A stretch of 64,000 nucleotides of DNA from a virus (IMGVR_UViG_3300049044_000033:1-64000), one strand, 5' to 3'. Numbered from the stretch's first letter, positions 1 through 9,660 are shown. The notes: a model not told the origin generated them from the letters alone. Made by a program: numbers and translations.

Positions 1-28
1 ACGACCCGAAGATTTCTCCTCGGATCGT
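1..28 (-). terminator. Probable intrinsic terminator downstream of phoH
   Basis: Minus strand ACGATCCGAGGA-GAAA-TCTTCGGGTCGT stem with GNRA loop; U-tract would lie outside the window. Confidence 0.55.
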
Positions 29-50
29 CTTTGAATTTAAAGGATTGCTC

Positions 51-851
51 TTAGATTCCCTTATTGTCTCCGTAGATACCAAGTAGTTCCTTCACAACTG
101 GGTGACGCTCAACATCCTGACGAGCAAACTTGATAACATCAATGTGCTTCGAAGACTCGAAGCGATTGAGGAAGTCAGCTAAGCCGTTGTCTGCACCACG
201 GTCGCTCTGTGCCAAGTCACCGGTAACTACCATCTGCGAGCCTTCGCCAATACGAGTAAGGATCGACAGTAGGGAGTTTGGAGTAGTGCCCTGGGCTTCG
301 TCAACTAGAATGTAGGAATTCTTAAAGGTTCGACCGCGGATAAAAGCGATTGGGACCATCTCAATGATATTTTCTTCCAGCATAGTCTGGATTTCAATTT
401 GGGTATAGAACTCAGCAAAGACGTCAAGAACTGGCATCATCCAAGGAGTCATCTTCTTAAGAATGTCACCTGGCAAGTAGCCAATGTCTTTGTCGTCAAC
501 TGCGACGTTTGGTCGGGTGATAACAATCTTCTCTACTAGACCTGCTTTGAAGCACTTGATTGCGTGTAGGGTTGCGAGAAGAGTCTTACCGGTGCCTGCT
601 GGGCCAACAGCAAATGTCACATACTTGCTGGGGTCTTCTAGACTAGCTAGGAGATTTTCCTGAGTCAGATTGCGTGGAACAATGTCAACGCGCTGCTTCT
701 TTGGCTTTTGAGGGAAGTTTAGCTCAATAACATTAGATGTGCGATCCTGCTGCTGGTATCGTCCGCCACGGGCACCTGCTGGGGCACCAATGTTACGGTC
801 TGCACGAGGATTGGCGCGGTTGGCGCCCTTTGCACGAGTCTGTTTAGCCAC
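51..851 (-). CDS. phoH: PhoH-like ATPase
   Basis: GPAGTGKT Walker A, IVITRP, GYLPG, RGRTF, DEAQ, GDxxQxD; likely GTG start at 851 after GGAGG. Confidence 0.95.
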   Translation of the reverse strand: MAKQTRAKGANRANPRADRNIGAPAGARGGRYQQQDRTSNVIELNFPQKPKKQRVDIVPRNLTQENLLASLEDPSKYVTFAVGPAGTGKTLLATLHAIKCFKAGLVEKIVITRPNVAVDDKDIGYLPGDILKKMTPWMMPVLDVFAEFYTQIEIQTMLEENIIEMVPIAFIRGRTFKNSYILVDEAQGTTPNSLLSILTRIGEGSQMVVTGDLAQSDRGADNGLADFLNRFESSKHIDVIKFARQDVERHPVVKELLGIYGDNKGI

Positions 852-897
852 TTTCGACCTCCACAAATGAGGGTTGTTATTGCGGACTGCTCGAAAG

Positions 898-904
898 TAT
901 TTAA
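898..904 (-). promoter_or_regulatory. T4-type late promoter-like motif (TTAAATA)
   Basis: TAAATA about 45 nt upstream of phoH. Confidence 0.45.
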
Positions 905-979
905 CTAATCAGATTACTCAAAAGTGTGTGCTTTAAGTCATGGGAATGGGCCACTAAATAGCGGCCCATTCTAGAGTTA

Positions 980-1588
980 TTAGATGAGGATGGGTCCACC
1001 ATCTAAGAGTTTGATACGCTGGTAGATTTCATCCCAGCCACTAACCCTGACTACTCGGTCATCAACATAGCGTTCGTTGTGCTTATAGTTGATCAAGAAG
1101 CTAGTGTGACCCACGTCAGCACCTGCGCTGGCATGCTTCATCTTATCCTCAACCCAGTAGGTTGGCTTATAGCGAGCTAAGTGAAGTGCTTTGCTCTCAG
1201 CCAATCCCACGCAATGAAGCGTATCGAAGACGCCAAAGCCAAACACCTCATTGAGGTTGTGCCAGCGACCCACATAGGTTTCTTCATCAGTTGCGCACGC
1301 CGTGATAGCTACGAAGCGATAATCCTCGTCATGTAGTTTTTGGACGTTTTCGACCACGCCAGGTAAAGGCTTGAAGTTCTTCCAGAACTCAGGATCGCCA
1401 TTGAAGATACGGATCATGTCACGTGATTCTTCGAGGCTTGTTCCTAGCCAATGCTCTACATGCCAGAAGTCTTGTAACTTGCCAGGAGCATCACGGTGCT
1501 CTGGATAAGTCTGCCTGACCCAATCCTCGAAAGGATTGGCCCAGTCAAAAAGTACCTCGTCGCAATCAGTCAGGATTACTTTGGTCAC
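980..1588 (-). CDS. HAD-superfamily 5'-nucleotidase-like protein
   Basis: ILTDCDEVL (DxD motif I), AIT motif II, WVEDK motif IV. Confidence 0.75.
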   Translation of the reverse strand: MTKVILTDCDEVLFDWANPFEDWVRQTYPEHRDAPGKLQDFWHVEHWLGTSLEESRDMIRIFNGDPEFWKNFKPLPGVVENVQKLHDEDYRFVAITACATDEETYVGRWHNLNEVFGFGVFDTLHCVGLAESKALHLARYKPTYWVEDKMKHASAGADVGHTSFLINYKHNERYVDDRVVRVSGWDEIYQRIKLLDGGPILI

Positions 1589-1859
1589 TTAGTTCTCCAA
1601 TAGGTTCAGGCTTCAACGTGATCTCATAGTTGTTGAATTCTTCAGCACCTGTTTCACGAATCCTAACATCAACCCAAAGTTCACCGGCTGCGATGCGCTC
1701 TGGGGTATTGTTGTGTTCGTTACAACGGACTGCAAATTCCTTAACCTGAATGTTACCGTTCAGGGCTTCATACAGGGCATCAACCACTTTGTCACGAGTT
1801 TCCTCGTCGTTGTCCTGAAACTTGAACTCATTGAGGACTTCAAAGATTTTATTCTGCAT
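1566..1859 (-). CDS. Stand-alone tail-sheath C-terminal-like domain protein
   Basis: FQDNDEETR...EFAVRCNEHNNTPERIAAGELWVDV...AEEF matches the sheath C-terminal signature. Confidence 0.7.
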   Translation of the reverse strand: MQNKIFEVLNEFKFQDNDEETRDKVVDALYEALNGNIQVKEFAVRCNEHNNTPERIAAGELWVDVRIRETGAEEFNNYEITLKPEPIGELSDQSNPD

Positions 1860-2262
1860 CGGTGGTCTCCTCCGTAGCGTCTACAACTTCTTCGGTCTTG
1901 GCCGAAAAGCGGTCAATAAATTCCTGAACCTTCTTGAGGTTCATTGGATCCTTCTGAATCCAAGTTGTGAGTGCTGCCTTGACGTCATCGAAATAACGCG
2001 ACACAAACATGTTGAGAAGCTTCTCTTGCTCAGCCGCAACATCAATACCGCGAGCCTTGAGAACCTTGTTTTCGAAAAGGTCAATGACCATTTCGGCAGA
2101 GGCCATCTGCTTAGTGGAGACACGATCAACAATGACCATGTTTTCAATAGGCTCCCACTCGGCATTCTCACCAAAGTTCTTGGCACGGCTATCCTGGCCA
2201 CCAGCAAGGACATAAGTGTAGGAAATCACCATGAAGGGGCGATTGCGAAGATAGTTAGACAT
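1849..2262 (-). CDS. Hypothetical protein
   Basis: 137 aa ORF coupled within the minus-strand operon. Confidence 0.7.
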   Translation of the reverse strand: MSNYLRNRPFMVISYTYVLAGGQDSRAKNFGENAEWEPIENMVIVDRVSTKQMASAEMVIDLFENKVLKARGIDVAAEQEKLLNMFVSRYFDDVKAALTTWIQKDPMNLKKVQEFIDRFSAKTEEVVDATEETTDAE

Positions 2263-2764
2263 TCTTTACCTCAAAATTCTCGTAGGGGATTTCAACCACC
2301 TCTACGCCTGCTTCAATGAAACGCCGCTTGCTATCCTCGAGGATTGCTGCCCATCGTTCTTGTTTATCTGGTGGACAACTCGGAGCGACCACCCTCGTTA
2401 TACCTGCTTGGATCATGTGAACCGCACAACGATCACAAGAGAAGAATGGCCAAGTGTAGAGCGTATTACCACGAACCTGATCATGAGCACTCAATACGGC
2501 ATTCATCTCACAATGGATGATGTAGCTGTATTTGGTCTCTCGGTCTTCATACCGCTCAGGAGTATCCTCAATACCACGAGGAAAGCCATTATACCCAATG
2601 CTTGCCACACTGTTATCAGGTCGCACAATAACCGCACCAGTCTGAGTGCTAGGGTCCTTGGACCAGCTCGCAACTATGCGAGCCAGTTCAATATAACGGA
2701 TATCCCACTTCACAGTGCCATTCATTAGATCAATGGAGTTTTGTAGATCACTATTACTGATCAT
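2255..2764 (-). CDS. dCMP deaminase
   Basis: SKDPSTQTGAVIV, GYNGFPRG, HCEMNA, CDRC zinc ligands. Confidence 0.93.
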   Translation of the reverse strand: MISNSDLQNSIDLMNGTVKWDIRYIELARIVASWSKDPSTQTGAVIVRPDNSVASIGYNGFPRGIEDTPERYEDRETKYSYIIHCEMNAVLSAHDQVRGNTLYTWPFFSCDRCAVHMIQAGITRVVAPSCPPDKQERWAAILEDSKRRFIEAGVEVVEIPYENFEVKNV

Positions 2765-3699
2765 AGCTGGCTCAATTCTACCAAGCAGGCTGCTAGGTTG
2801 ATTTCAGCATCAGCTGAGATTGCGTGATTCCTCAGACCACTTGCGATCACGATGATCGCAGCACTCTGTGTCATTTCATCTTCACCAAAGAGCTGAAGAT
2901 TGCGATACAGGAAGCGGTAGATTTCCTCATAGTCATTCACATCAGCTTTGCTGACGATGAGCTTACGAGCATCAGTGAAGCGACGAGCCTTAAACAAGTC
3001 GACCGCTTGCTCCATGTAGTCGAGTGAGCTCGCACTGCCTTCCTCAAGTGGATGAAGAACCCCATTGCGAGAATGCTGATCAAGCAAGTTGATACATTTA
3101 CGCAGATCAGGGAAGGTATTGTTGAAGAACGCATCTAAGTGATCTGGATCAAACTGAACGTTCTCAGTTGCGAGAATTTCCATAACGCGCAGGAGGAAGC
3201 TTTCAGCGTCTAATGCGTCAAAGTGGAATCCCTGCATCCTCGAATGAAGAGCACCAATAATCTTGTGTGGATAGTTACAGGTAAGAATGAACCTCACACT
3301 ATCGGCAAAGCGTTCAAGCTCAGCGCGCAAACATGCCTGAGCTGCTTGCGAGAGATAGTCAGCTTCGTCAATCAGAACAACCTTGAAGTCGCCATTTGGA
3401 AAAGTGGAACAGAATCCGATAACCTTTTCACGAATCGCATCAACTGATGTTTCACGCGAACCATTGAGTTCGAGAATGTCATACCTGTTGACGCCCAGCT
3501 CATTTAGGAGAGCCTTAGCCAAAGTTGTCTTACCTACACCCGGTGAGCCACTAAGCAGCAAGTGTGGGAAGGGAATTGTTTTCTGCTCTGGATTATCAAT
3601 CCATTCTTGGACTTGCTGACGAACTTGATCGTTCTTGAACACATATCCTTCAATGCCTTTGGGGCGATACTTTTCAACCCATAGGTCCGGTGTGGCCAT
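2761..3699 (-). CDS. Clamp loader AAA+ subunit (T4 gp44 / RFC small subunit-like)
   Basis: LWVEKYRP, GSPGVGKT, LNGS, DEAD, FILTCN, PDLRKCIN. Confidence 0.95.
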   Translation of the reverse strand: MATPDLWVEKYRPKGIEGYVFKNDQVRQQVQEWIDNPEQKTIPFPHLLLSGSPGVGKTTLAKALLNELGVNRYDILELNGSRETSVDAIREKVIGFCSTFPNGDFKVVLIDEADYLSQAAQACLRAELERFADSVRFILTCNYPHKIIGALHSRMQGFHFDALDAESFLLRVMEILATENVQFDPDHLDAFFNNTFPDLRKCINLLDQHSRNGVLHPLEEGSASSLDYMEQAVDLFKARRFTDARKLIVSKADVNDYEEIYRFLYRNLQLFGEDEMTQSAAIIVIASGLRNHAISADAEINLAACLVELSQL

Positions 3700-3870
3700 T
3701 TGTGGCTTCTCCTATCATTAGTTAACCTAACAATAGGTGAAAACACCCCTAAACGTCAATTTATCTTTGAGCTAAATGGAAGCCCGCACAAACCCTGGAA
3801 GAGCCTATGCGGGCGTAGAAGCTAGGAGTTAATCTGGGCGTTTATAGATAGCCGCAGGGCAATCTAGAAG

Positions 3871-4146
3871 CTATTCGCCACCCCAAGCAAGTTTGAAAGG
3901 CAGTATGTCTTTTGAGTTCTTGAAATAAAACGTATAACCACCATATTTGTAGTGGTATGAGAACCGGCCGTGAATAAGTGGACCCTTAGCCCACTCACAC
4001 GCTTCTTTGGCTCGCCGACCCATAGCTGACCAATCGGCAACTTTGTAGGAGGTATGACCGTTGCCATAGTCAGCCTGAATAACTGCCATGGTAAAAGTAT
4101 GCCATGAACCTTCCATCAATGGGTTGTATTCTCTATAGATTCCCAT
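3871..4146 (-). CDS. FKLxWGG family small protein
   Basis: Ends FYFKNSKDILPFKLAWGGE. Confidence 0.75.
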   Translation of the reverse strand: MGIYREYNPLMEGSWHTFTMAVIQADYGNGHTSYKVADWSAMGRRAKEACEWAKGPLIHGRFSYHYKYGGYTFYFKNSKDILPFKLAWGGE

Positions 4147-4456
4147 CTGACCAACGAAGCCGGTAAGCTTCTACTCCTTGCGTTGTCTTAAACTCAAGTT
4201 GTAGCCTATATGACCTTGGTTGGTCATCTGTCAAATTGTCTAGGTAATCATAAGAAATCTTATAGGGGATCTTAGATTCTTTGAGCCATTCGATTCGGTC
4301 TTTGGCCATGTTGTGAAACTTTTCATCCTCCCAGATAAAATTGTTCAAATCATGCCAACTGCAAGGAGTAAAGATCTGCGCTATCGCGAAGGGATAGAAT
4401 AGCCTATCCAGCCACCCTCTTTCTCGGGTGTCTTCCAGCATCTCATCTATTTTCAT
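4133..4456 (-). CDS. FKLxWGG family small protein (divergent)
   Basis: IEWLKE helix; ends LEFKTTQGVEAYRLRW. Confidence 0.65.
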   Translation of the reverse strand: MKIDEMLEDTRERGWLDRLFYPFAIAQIFTPCSWHDLNNFIWEDEKFHNMAKDRIEWLKESKIPYKISYDYLDNLTDDQPRSYRLQLEFKTTQGVEAYRLRWSDGNL

Positions 4457-4460
4457 GGGG

Positions 4461-4673
4461 TCAGCCGTATTTCAGCTTGAATAAGAGGGCTTCGGTCTTA
4501 TCGTGAAATTCGATAGACAAGTGACTATCGACGGGGTCACCTACGAAGCCATGATACCAAGTATAGTCTTTAATCAAATGTCGACTAAAGGCCACAAAGT
4601 CATTCATGGCTTCGAAGTGAGCATGGTCACGGATATAGACTAGAATCCGTAACGGATTAGAAGGGGCATTCAT
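4461..4673 (-). CDS. FKLxWGG family small protein
   Basis: Ends IEFHDKTEALLFKLKYG. Confidence 0.7.
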   Translation of the reverse strand: MNAPSNPLRILVYIRDHAHFEAMNDFVAFSRHLIKDYTWYHGFVGDPVDSHLSIEFHDKTEALLFKLKYG

Positions 4674-5001
4674 CCTGAACACCTAGGATGCCACTGACAT
4701 CTACACGTTGAACGTAGAATGCCTGGTCATCTCCACCTTCGGGAATAGCAGTCTCGATACCATATGTCCAACGACCATGTTCGACGAGAATCCACTGGCC
4801 TGGTTCGAGGTCGGTATTTTCATGACCAACCTTCCACACTTGGCACCAACGAGGGCGAATACCACGATCCTTACCGTTATCATCAAGAATGATGATACCA
4901 GCCTCAGTAACCTTCTCGCCTTGTTCCATATTGACAACAAGGACATGGTCCTTAATAGGACGAAGATCACCACTAATCTTATTGTAAACTGTGCTTGGCA
5001 T
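4657..5001 (-). CDS. groES: Co-chaperonin GroES (Cpn10)
   Basis: LRPIKDHVLV, T.AGIIIL mobile loop, KVG, GQWILV. Confidence 0.85.
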   Translation of the reverse strand: MPSTVYNKISGDLRPIKDHVLVVNMEQGEKVTEAGIIILDDNGKDRGIRPRWCQVWKVGHENTDLEPGQWILVEHGRWTYGIETAIPEGGDDQAFYVQRVDVSGILGVQDECPF

Positions 5002-5028
5002 ATTATCTCCGGTTCTTAGCCGAAGTCC

Positions 5029-5403
5029 TTAGTCATCACTATCTTTGATTAGCCTACGACCCTTCTTCGACGCCAGTTCACTTGGCATATCCGTTTCCGC
5101 TTGCGCAGCAACATTAGCAGGGGCAGTAAGCCTTGCCATTGCCTGATCTGGAGTTTCGAAGACATCAGGCATAGCTGGCTTCAAGGAAACCTGTTGTGCT
5201 GAACCTGGGTTACGGTTGTAGTAATCACGAGCAATCTGCTCTCTACGGACTTCGATCTGGCCATTGCGACCCAAGACATCCCCGCGAGCATTCATCTTCG
5301 CATTTCCAAGCGCTCTCATCTCTTCATTAGCTGAACGCATGGCATCCATATCAATAACTTTGCCGCGCATCGAAACGGTTGGCTTTCTAAAGTTGCGAGC
5401 CAT
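5029..5403 (-). CDS. Conserved jumbo-phage hypothetical protein
   Basis: SMRGKVIDM...GNAKMNARGD motif; GGAGGAG SD and CATAAATA upstream. Confidence 0.75.
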   Translation of the reverse strand: MARNFRKPTVSMRGKVIDMDAMRSANEEMRALGNAKMNARGDVLGRNGQIEVRREQIARDYYNRNPGSAQQVSLKPAMPDVFETPDQAMARLTAPANVAAQAETDMPSELASKKGRRLIKDSDD

Positions 5404-5432
5404 TTGTGCTCCTCCAAATACGACCTATGCTC

Positions 5433-5440
5433 TATTTATG
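5433..5440 (-). promoter_or_regulatory. Late promoter-like motif CATAAATA
   Basis: 30 nt upstream of ATG 5403. Confidence 0.55.
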
Positions 5441-5455
5441 CGTAGTTTTCTATGC

Positions 5456-5992
5456 TTACTTTAGGAACTCATGAACATCTAAGTTGAAAGCCAAGCTGTC
5501 AATCTTATGAACGCCTATCAGATATAGGATGTAGGAAGCCACACTAGAACCACGACCTACTCCCCAAACAATGCCACGCTCTCTGAAGTTATCAACCAAA
5601 TAGATCAATAGACGAAGAACCTGAGTCATACCACGTTCTTCGAAGAGCGCCCACTCTTCGGCAACTCTCTTTAGAGCTTCATCGGTTGGACAACGCCCAG
5701 TGAGCCATTCCAAGACATCGAGATCTTGGTACTTTTCAGGAATGAACCATTCGCTCTGGAAAGCCGTATCCCATTCTTCAACGGAAACGCTTGGTTCCTG
5801 ATAGATGGGAAGCTGATCCTCTGGATGATCCCATTCCCTGCAGAGTTTGTTGAATTTATGGATATCAGAGTTGTCAATCGTCTGAAGATCATTTGACAAC
5901 TCCGAACCCTGCATCAACAGATCAATAAGGCCATCCTTGTCAAAGACAACATTCCCCCAGCTATCAATTAGTCGGCCTTTTAGTTCTTTCAT
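5456..5992 (-). CDS. DNA polymerase III alpha (DnaE)-like fragment
   Basis: GIVWGVGRGSSVASYILYLIGVHKID...EFLK matches the DnaE GRGS region; only 178 aa. Confidence 0.85.
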   Translation of the reverse strand: MKELKGRLIDSWGNVVFDKDGLIDLLMQGSELSNDLQTIDNSDIHKFNKLCREWDHPEDQLPIYQEPSVSVEEWDTAFQSEWFIPEKYQDLDVLEWLTGRCPTDEALKRVAEEWALFEERGMTQVLRLLIYLVDNFRERGIVWGVGRGSSVASYILYLIGVHKIDSLAFNLDVHEFLK

Positions 5993-6696
5993 TCCTGTTT
6001 GCCTCCGTCAATGACCTTTGGACGAAACTCAGGCCTGACTACTACATTCGAGGGAATGGAAGATGAGGGAGCAGCAAGCTCTTCCGCGATGAAGCCGAGG
6101 CTGTAAGCCCACTGTGGAGGTGTGTTGATATCATCCTCTTCGTCAGGCAGGACATCTAAGGTTGAGGCATCATCACGGTGCCACCAAGGCTTACTGAAGT
6201 AATTGCGCTCAGTAAGCCATTCTTCATTTGAGGGGAAGGACTCACCTGGGCTACCGCCAACGAACATAAAGGACAAACCCCTACTGTCTGTTGACTCAAC
6301 TTCAGCACTATGGAATTCAAACGTGCCGCCTGCTAGTGCTTTGATCTTACATAGAAGCAATTCACAAAGTAGTGCATCAGTTGGTGGTTCAGGGGTTAAG
6401 ATAACCATATTGGATGTGCGAGGCTGATCGCCTTCAATGAACGAGTCAACTGCCCAATCATTATTACCGTCAAAGATGACAGAATCACTGACTACCTTGT
6501 TGAACCAATGTTCGATTTTTGCCAAAGCAATTTCCATCTTGGTCGAATAGTCATCCGAATCATCATCCAAGGTGCTTACATCAACTTTGACCTTAATCTT
6601 AGTTGGAGAAAGCCTATGGCCGATAACTCGCGTAGCCTGGAATTCATGACGCAAGCTAACAAACAAGTGATTTGGCAGAATATCTTCGTCGTCCAT
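5989..6696 (-). CDS. Conserved acidic hypothetical protein
   Basis: Likely start at ATG 6696 (MDDEDIL); ATGA-coupled to the DnaE fragment. Confidence 0.7.
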   Translation of the reverse strand: MDDEDILPNHLFVSLRHEFQATRVIGHRLSPTKIKVKVDVSTLDDDSDDYSTKMEIALAKIEHWFNKVVSDSVIFDGNNDWAVDSFIEGDQPRTSNMVILTPEPPTDALLCELLLCKIKALAGGTFEFHSAEVESTDSRGLSFMFVGGSPGESFPSNEEWLTERNYFSKPWWHRDDASTLDVLPDEEDDINTPPQWAYSLGFIAEELAAPSSSIPSNVVVRPEFRPKVIDGGKQE

Positions 6697-6901
6697 TTTA
6701 ATCCCTATGGGACATAGGACTCTAGCCGCAAGAAGTGCGGAATATAGGAATTGCTGGGCCCAGCAACACAACTACAAGATTTGAGCAGCCCTGTTGAGCA
6801 TCCTGTTGTCGTTCGTTGTATTTAGTAGGGCCTAGTCCAAACCTAGCTAGCAACCTATGTCAAAATCAATGTATCTTAACAAATAGGTCACCTGGTAGTC
6901 A

Positions 6902-8164
6902 TTATGTGAATAACCAAGGTTTATAAAGGTTTAGGTCCATGAGGCTTATCTCACTGGCGTGAGTTTCTGACCTAGCATCATCTATGGTTACTCTGTCGAG
7001 GGTTGTAGCCCATACCGCATTACCAAAAGTAGGAGACCAAGTTCCCTCTGGTCTCACGAAGGCTTCAGGGTTGATAGAATCCCAAATGTCCTCAACCCTA
7101 GTCTCTGATCGAGAAGGATCAGGATTAATAGCATCTCGGGTTTCTTCGCCTGCAAGCCCAATCCTATCGGCCCTAGTTGAGCTTCGGGCTCGTATAGGAG
7201 AAACTTCATGTCTTGCATCTAATGAAATGACATCAGCAAAAGTCTTAGATCGAGCATCAGAGGGGTAGATGATGCTCGGGCCATGGAACTTAATAGAACC
7301 TTCATCAAATACCATAGGTGAGATAGCCTTGGTAATCTTTATATCACCTTCCCTCTTAATAACAGGAGAGTCGGATTTCGTTTGACTACGTGAAGATTTT
7401 ATTCTAGGCTTGGCTACGCCGTCTATAAGTGGAGAGTCTGCTTTAGTCTTTGATAAGTTGGTACTGTGGCGAAAACCCTGGATTACTGATTCGTCAATAT
7501 AAGCAACACCTGCTTGGTAGTTGTCAGCGAAGTTAAACAGACCAGTAGAATCCATTCTACCAATACCTGTTCTATTACTAATCAACAAATTAGGTGTGAT
7601 GTTCTTGTTAATAAAAACACCGAACTTGCCACCTACTTCACTGAAGCGAGTTTGAGGACGATAACCAACCGGACCGTAGAAGGCATAAACCCAATCAGCG
7701 CGAGCTTCGATTCTAAGACGGATAGGTAAGCTGAAACGAGATTTACTCACGTAGGCCAATAGAGTATCGGACCCTGCGTATCTTGATATAAGACGTAGAT
7801 CTGAATTTGTAGCCGTGATACCAATAAAATGCTCAGGCGACCATGCCCTCATAATGATAGGAAAATCTCCAGGGTAGGGAAATTTAAGTAGGTCGCACTC
7901 AATGTGGTGGTTTAAACCACCGGTAGGCTTCACCCAAATCGCAGATGAATAAACACTGCTTTTAAACGATAGAGCATGTTGGTTTCCCACAATAGCAACA
8001 GATGAGTCTCCATCTGGTTCAGTTGTTTCAAAGAAGAAACCAGCTTCTGTAATTGGCGTATCTATATAATACCCATTGAAGTTTTCAACCCATATGATAT
8101 CAACGGCCGGTACTTCATCGGCCGTTGTATCGCTTCTAGCATCAATAGGAAAGATATCTACCAT
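6902..8164 (-). CDS. Putative virion protein with lectin-like domain and IxPxxARSxTxAD repeats
   Basis: Beta-rich N-terminal half and about 7 degenerate repeats; lies in the late operon. Confidence 0.55.
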   Translation of the reverse strand: MVDIFPIDARSDTTADEVPAVDIIWVENFNGYYIDTPITEAGFFFETTEPDGDSSVAIVGNQHALSFKSSVYSSAIWVKPTGGLNHHIECDLLKFPYPGDFPIIMRAWSPEHFIGITATNSDLRLISRYAGSDTLLAYVSKSRFSLPIRLRIEARADWVYAFYGPVGYRPQTRFSEVGGKFGVFINKNITPNLLISNRTGIGRMDSTGLFNFADNYQAGVAYIDESVIQGFRHSTNLSKTKADSPLIDGVAKPRIKSSRSQTKSDSPVIKREGDIKITKAISPMVFDEGSIKFHGPSIIYPSDARSKTFADVISLDARHEVSPIRARSSTRADRIGLAGEETRDAINPDPSRSETRVEDIWDSINPEAFVRPEGTWSPTFGNAVWATTLDRVTIDDARSETHASEISLMDLNLYKPWLFT

Positions 8165-8173
8165 TTTACAACC

Positions 8174-8542
8174 TTATAGCGGATTGCCAACTTCCCACAC
8201 ATCGAAGGAATTAATAGTAACCTGACCACCGGAAGCTACTGGGGTAGAAGTAATGTTGCTGATAAAGTGAATAGTAGACGTCGCTTTGTTGACGATAACA
8301 GCACGAGTTACAGAACCCTGGGCTGTCGCGATACCAGTATTACCTAGATAGCGCAACTTGCGGCCGTTAGCATCACCGGGTAGTATTTCGAAGTCACTAA
8401 GCTGGACTGGAACAGCAACTAACTTGCTAGTATTCGCTGCGGCGTAAGAAGCCGGTTCGGTTGGACAAAGCCAAATTTCCTGAAGTTGCTCGCGAAGCGA
8501 AACAAGAGCAGCATCCTGGTGCGAAGCATGAACAAAAGGCAT
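8174..8542 (-). CDS. Putative small virion/fiber subunit
   Basis: LCxTEPASYAAA, DFxxxxGDxxGRK, SGGQVTINSFD resemble small phage structural proteins. Confidence 0.55.
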   Translation of the reverse strand: MPFVHASHQDAALVSLREQLQEIWLCPTEPASYAAANTSKLVAVPVQLSDFEILPGDANGRKLRYLGNTGIATAQGSVTRAVIVNKATSTIHFISNITSTPVASGGQVTINSFDVWEVGNPL

Positions 8543-8554
8543 TTAGAATCTCCC

Positions 8555-9613
8555 TTAAAATCTTTTCCCAGTTAGGGTAAATGAAACATTTTGAACAGTT
8601 GGATCTGTCCTTGTGACTTTGAACATTAGGATTTCACCTTTGCTTATAGTCAAAGAAGATGAGGTGAATACCTTGTTAAAGGTCACTAAGCCGGTATTGT
8701 TAACACTGATAGTTCCCACTACATTCCCTAGTCGATTCAATACTGAAATCTCAAATCTAATATTTGGATTAGAAGTCACAAATCCAACAGCCTGCATATC
8801 GGCAGGGAAATTAACATCTACACCTGCGGTCCAGATTAGAACTGAATTGAGTGGAGGGTTTAGTGGGAAGAAACATGATACAGTTTCTTTTTCAGCGTAG
8901 ACCGGAAGGCTAACTTGGATCTTACCAGGTTCGATCTCTTCGACAATAAGATCGGGGTGGAAGACAATTTCATCAACAGTTGAATCACCGATGGTAATTG
9001 ATCCACTACCTGGTTCACCCTTAGGTCCTTCAGGACCAGCATCACCTTTAGGACCGGTAGGTCCGGCCGGGCCAGTAATACCAGCCGGGCCAGTAGGTCC
9101 TGGTGGACCTTGAATACCTTGAATCCCTTGCGGGCCTTCTGGACCGACAGGACCTGCAGGACCAACGGGACCTTGTGGTCCAGTGAATCCTCGTGGACCC
9201 ATAGGACCGGGCTCGCCCATAGGTCCCATTGGACCTATTGGACCCTCGTCGCCAGTATAACCACGTGGTCCGGCCGGTCCCTGTGGACCCATTGGACCCA
9301 TTGGTCCGATAGGACCTTCATTACCCGAATAACCTCTTGGCCCAGTAGGACCTGGAGGACCCATTGGACCTTCTGGACCTATTGGTCCTTCATCGCCCGA
9401 GTAGCCGCGTGGTCCAACAGGACCGGATGGACCTTCTGGTCCTTGTGGTCCAACTAAACCTGCCCTACTGGCTTCAAACTTTGTTAGTTCGGCATCTTCT
9501 TGAGAGATGGTCTTGTGAGTGAAATCACCAGTGCCTGGTTCAATGTAGACACCATCAGTGCCGCCAATACCTTCAGAACGTCCGTCTTGATTTCCAATAT
9601 CGTTAGTAGACAC
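8555..9613 (-). CDS. Collagen-like fiber protein
   Basis: About 50 consecutive Gly-X-Y triplets and a C-terminal beta domain; TATAAATA upstream. Confidence 0.9.
   Translation of the reverse strand: MSTNDIGNQDGRSEGIGGTDGVYIEPGTGDFTHKTISQEDAELTKFEASRAGLVGPQGPEGPSGPVGPRGYSGDEGPIGPEGPMGPPGPTGPRGYSGNEGPIGPMGPMGPQGPAGPRGYTGDEGPIGPMGPMGEPGPMGPRGFTGPQGPVGPAGPVGPEGPQGIQGIQGPPGPTGPAGITGPAGPTGPKGDAGPEGPKGEPGSGSITIGDSTVDEIVFHPDLIVEEIEPGKIQVSLPVYAEKETVSCFFPLNPPLNSVLIWTAGVDVNFPADMQAVGFVTSNPNIRFEISVLNRLGNVVGTISVNNTGLVTFNKVFTSSSLTISKGEILMFKVTRTDPTVQNVSFTLTGKRF
9011..9460 (-). repeat. Gly-X-Y collagen coding repeat with four 72-bp higher-order units
   Basis: GPxGPRGY(S/T)G(D/N)EGPIGPxGPMGxx three times plus a degenerate fourth. 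Confidence 0.9.
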
Positions 9614-9658
9614 GAAAAACCCCTCTAAAATACGTGAGTATTTATAGAAGGGGTTTCG
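9613..9658 (-). promoter_or_regulatory. Late promoter TATAAATA (9639-9646) inside an SD-sequestering hairpin
   Basis: Minus strand CGAAACCCCTTCTATAAATAC-TCAC-GTATTTTAGAGGGGTTTTTCG abutting the GTG start. Confidence 0.75.
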
Positions 9659-9660
9659 TC

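Noticed and set aside
945-970. Hairpin AATGGGCCACTA-AA-TAGCGGCCCATT as a terminator
   Set aside because: The stem is real but has no U-tract on the coding strand, so its function is unsupported
5989-6696. QueD/T-fold assignment
   Set aside because: Only a vague resemblance; the catalytic His/Cys pattern was not found
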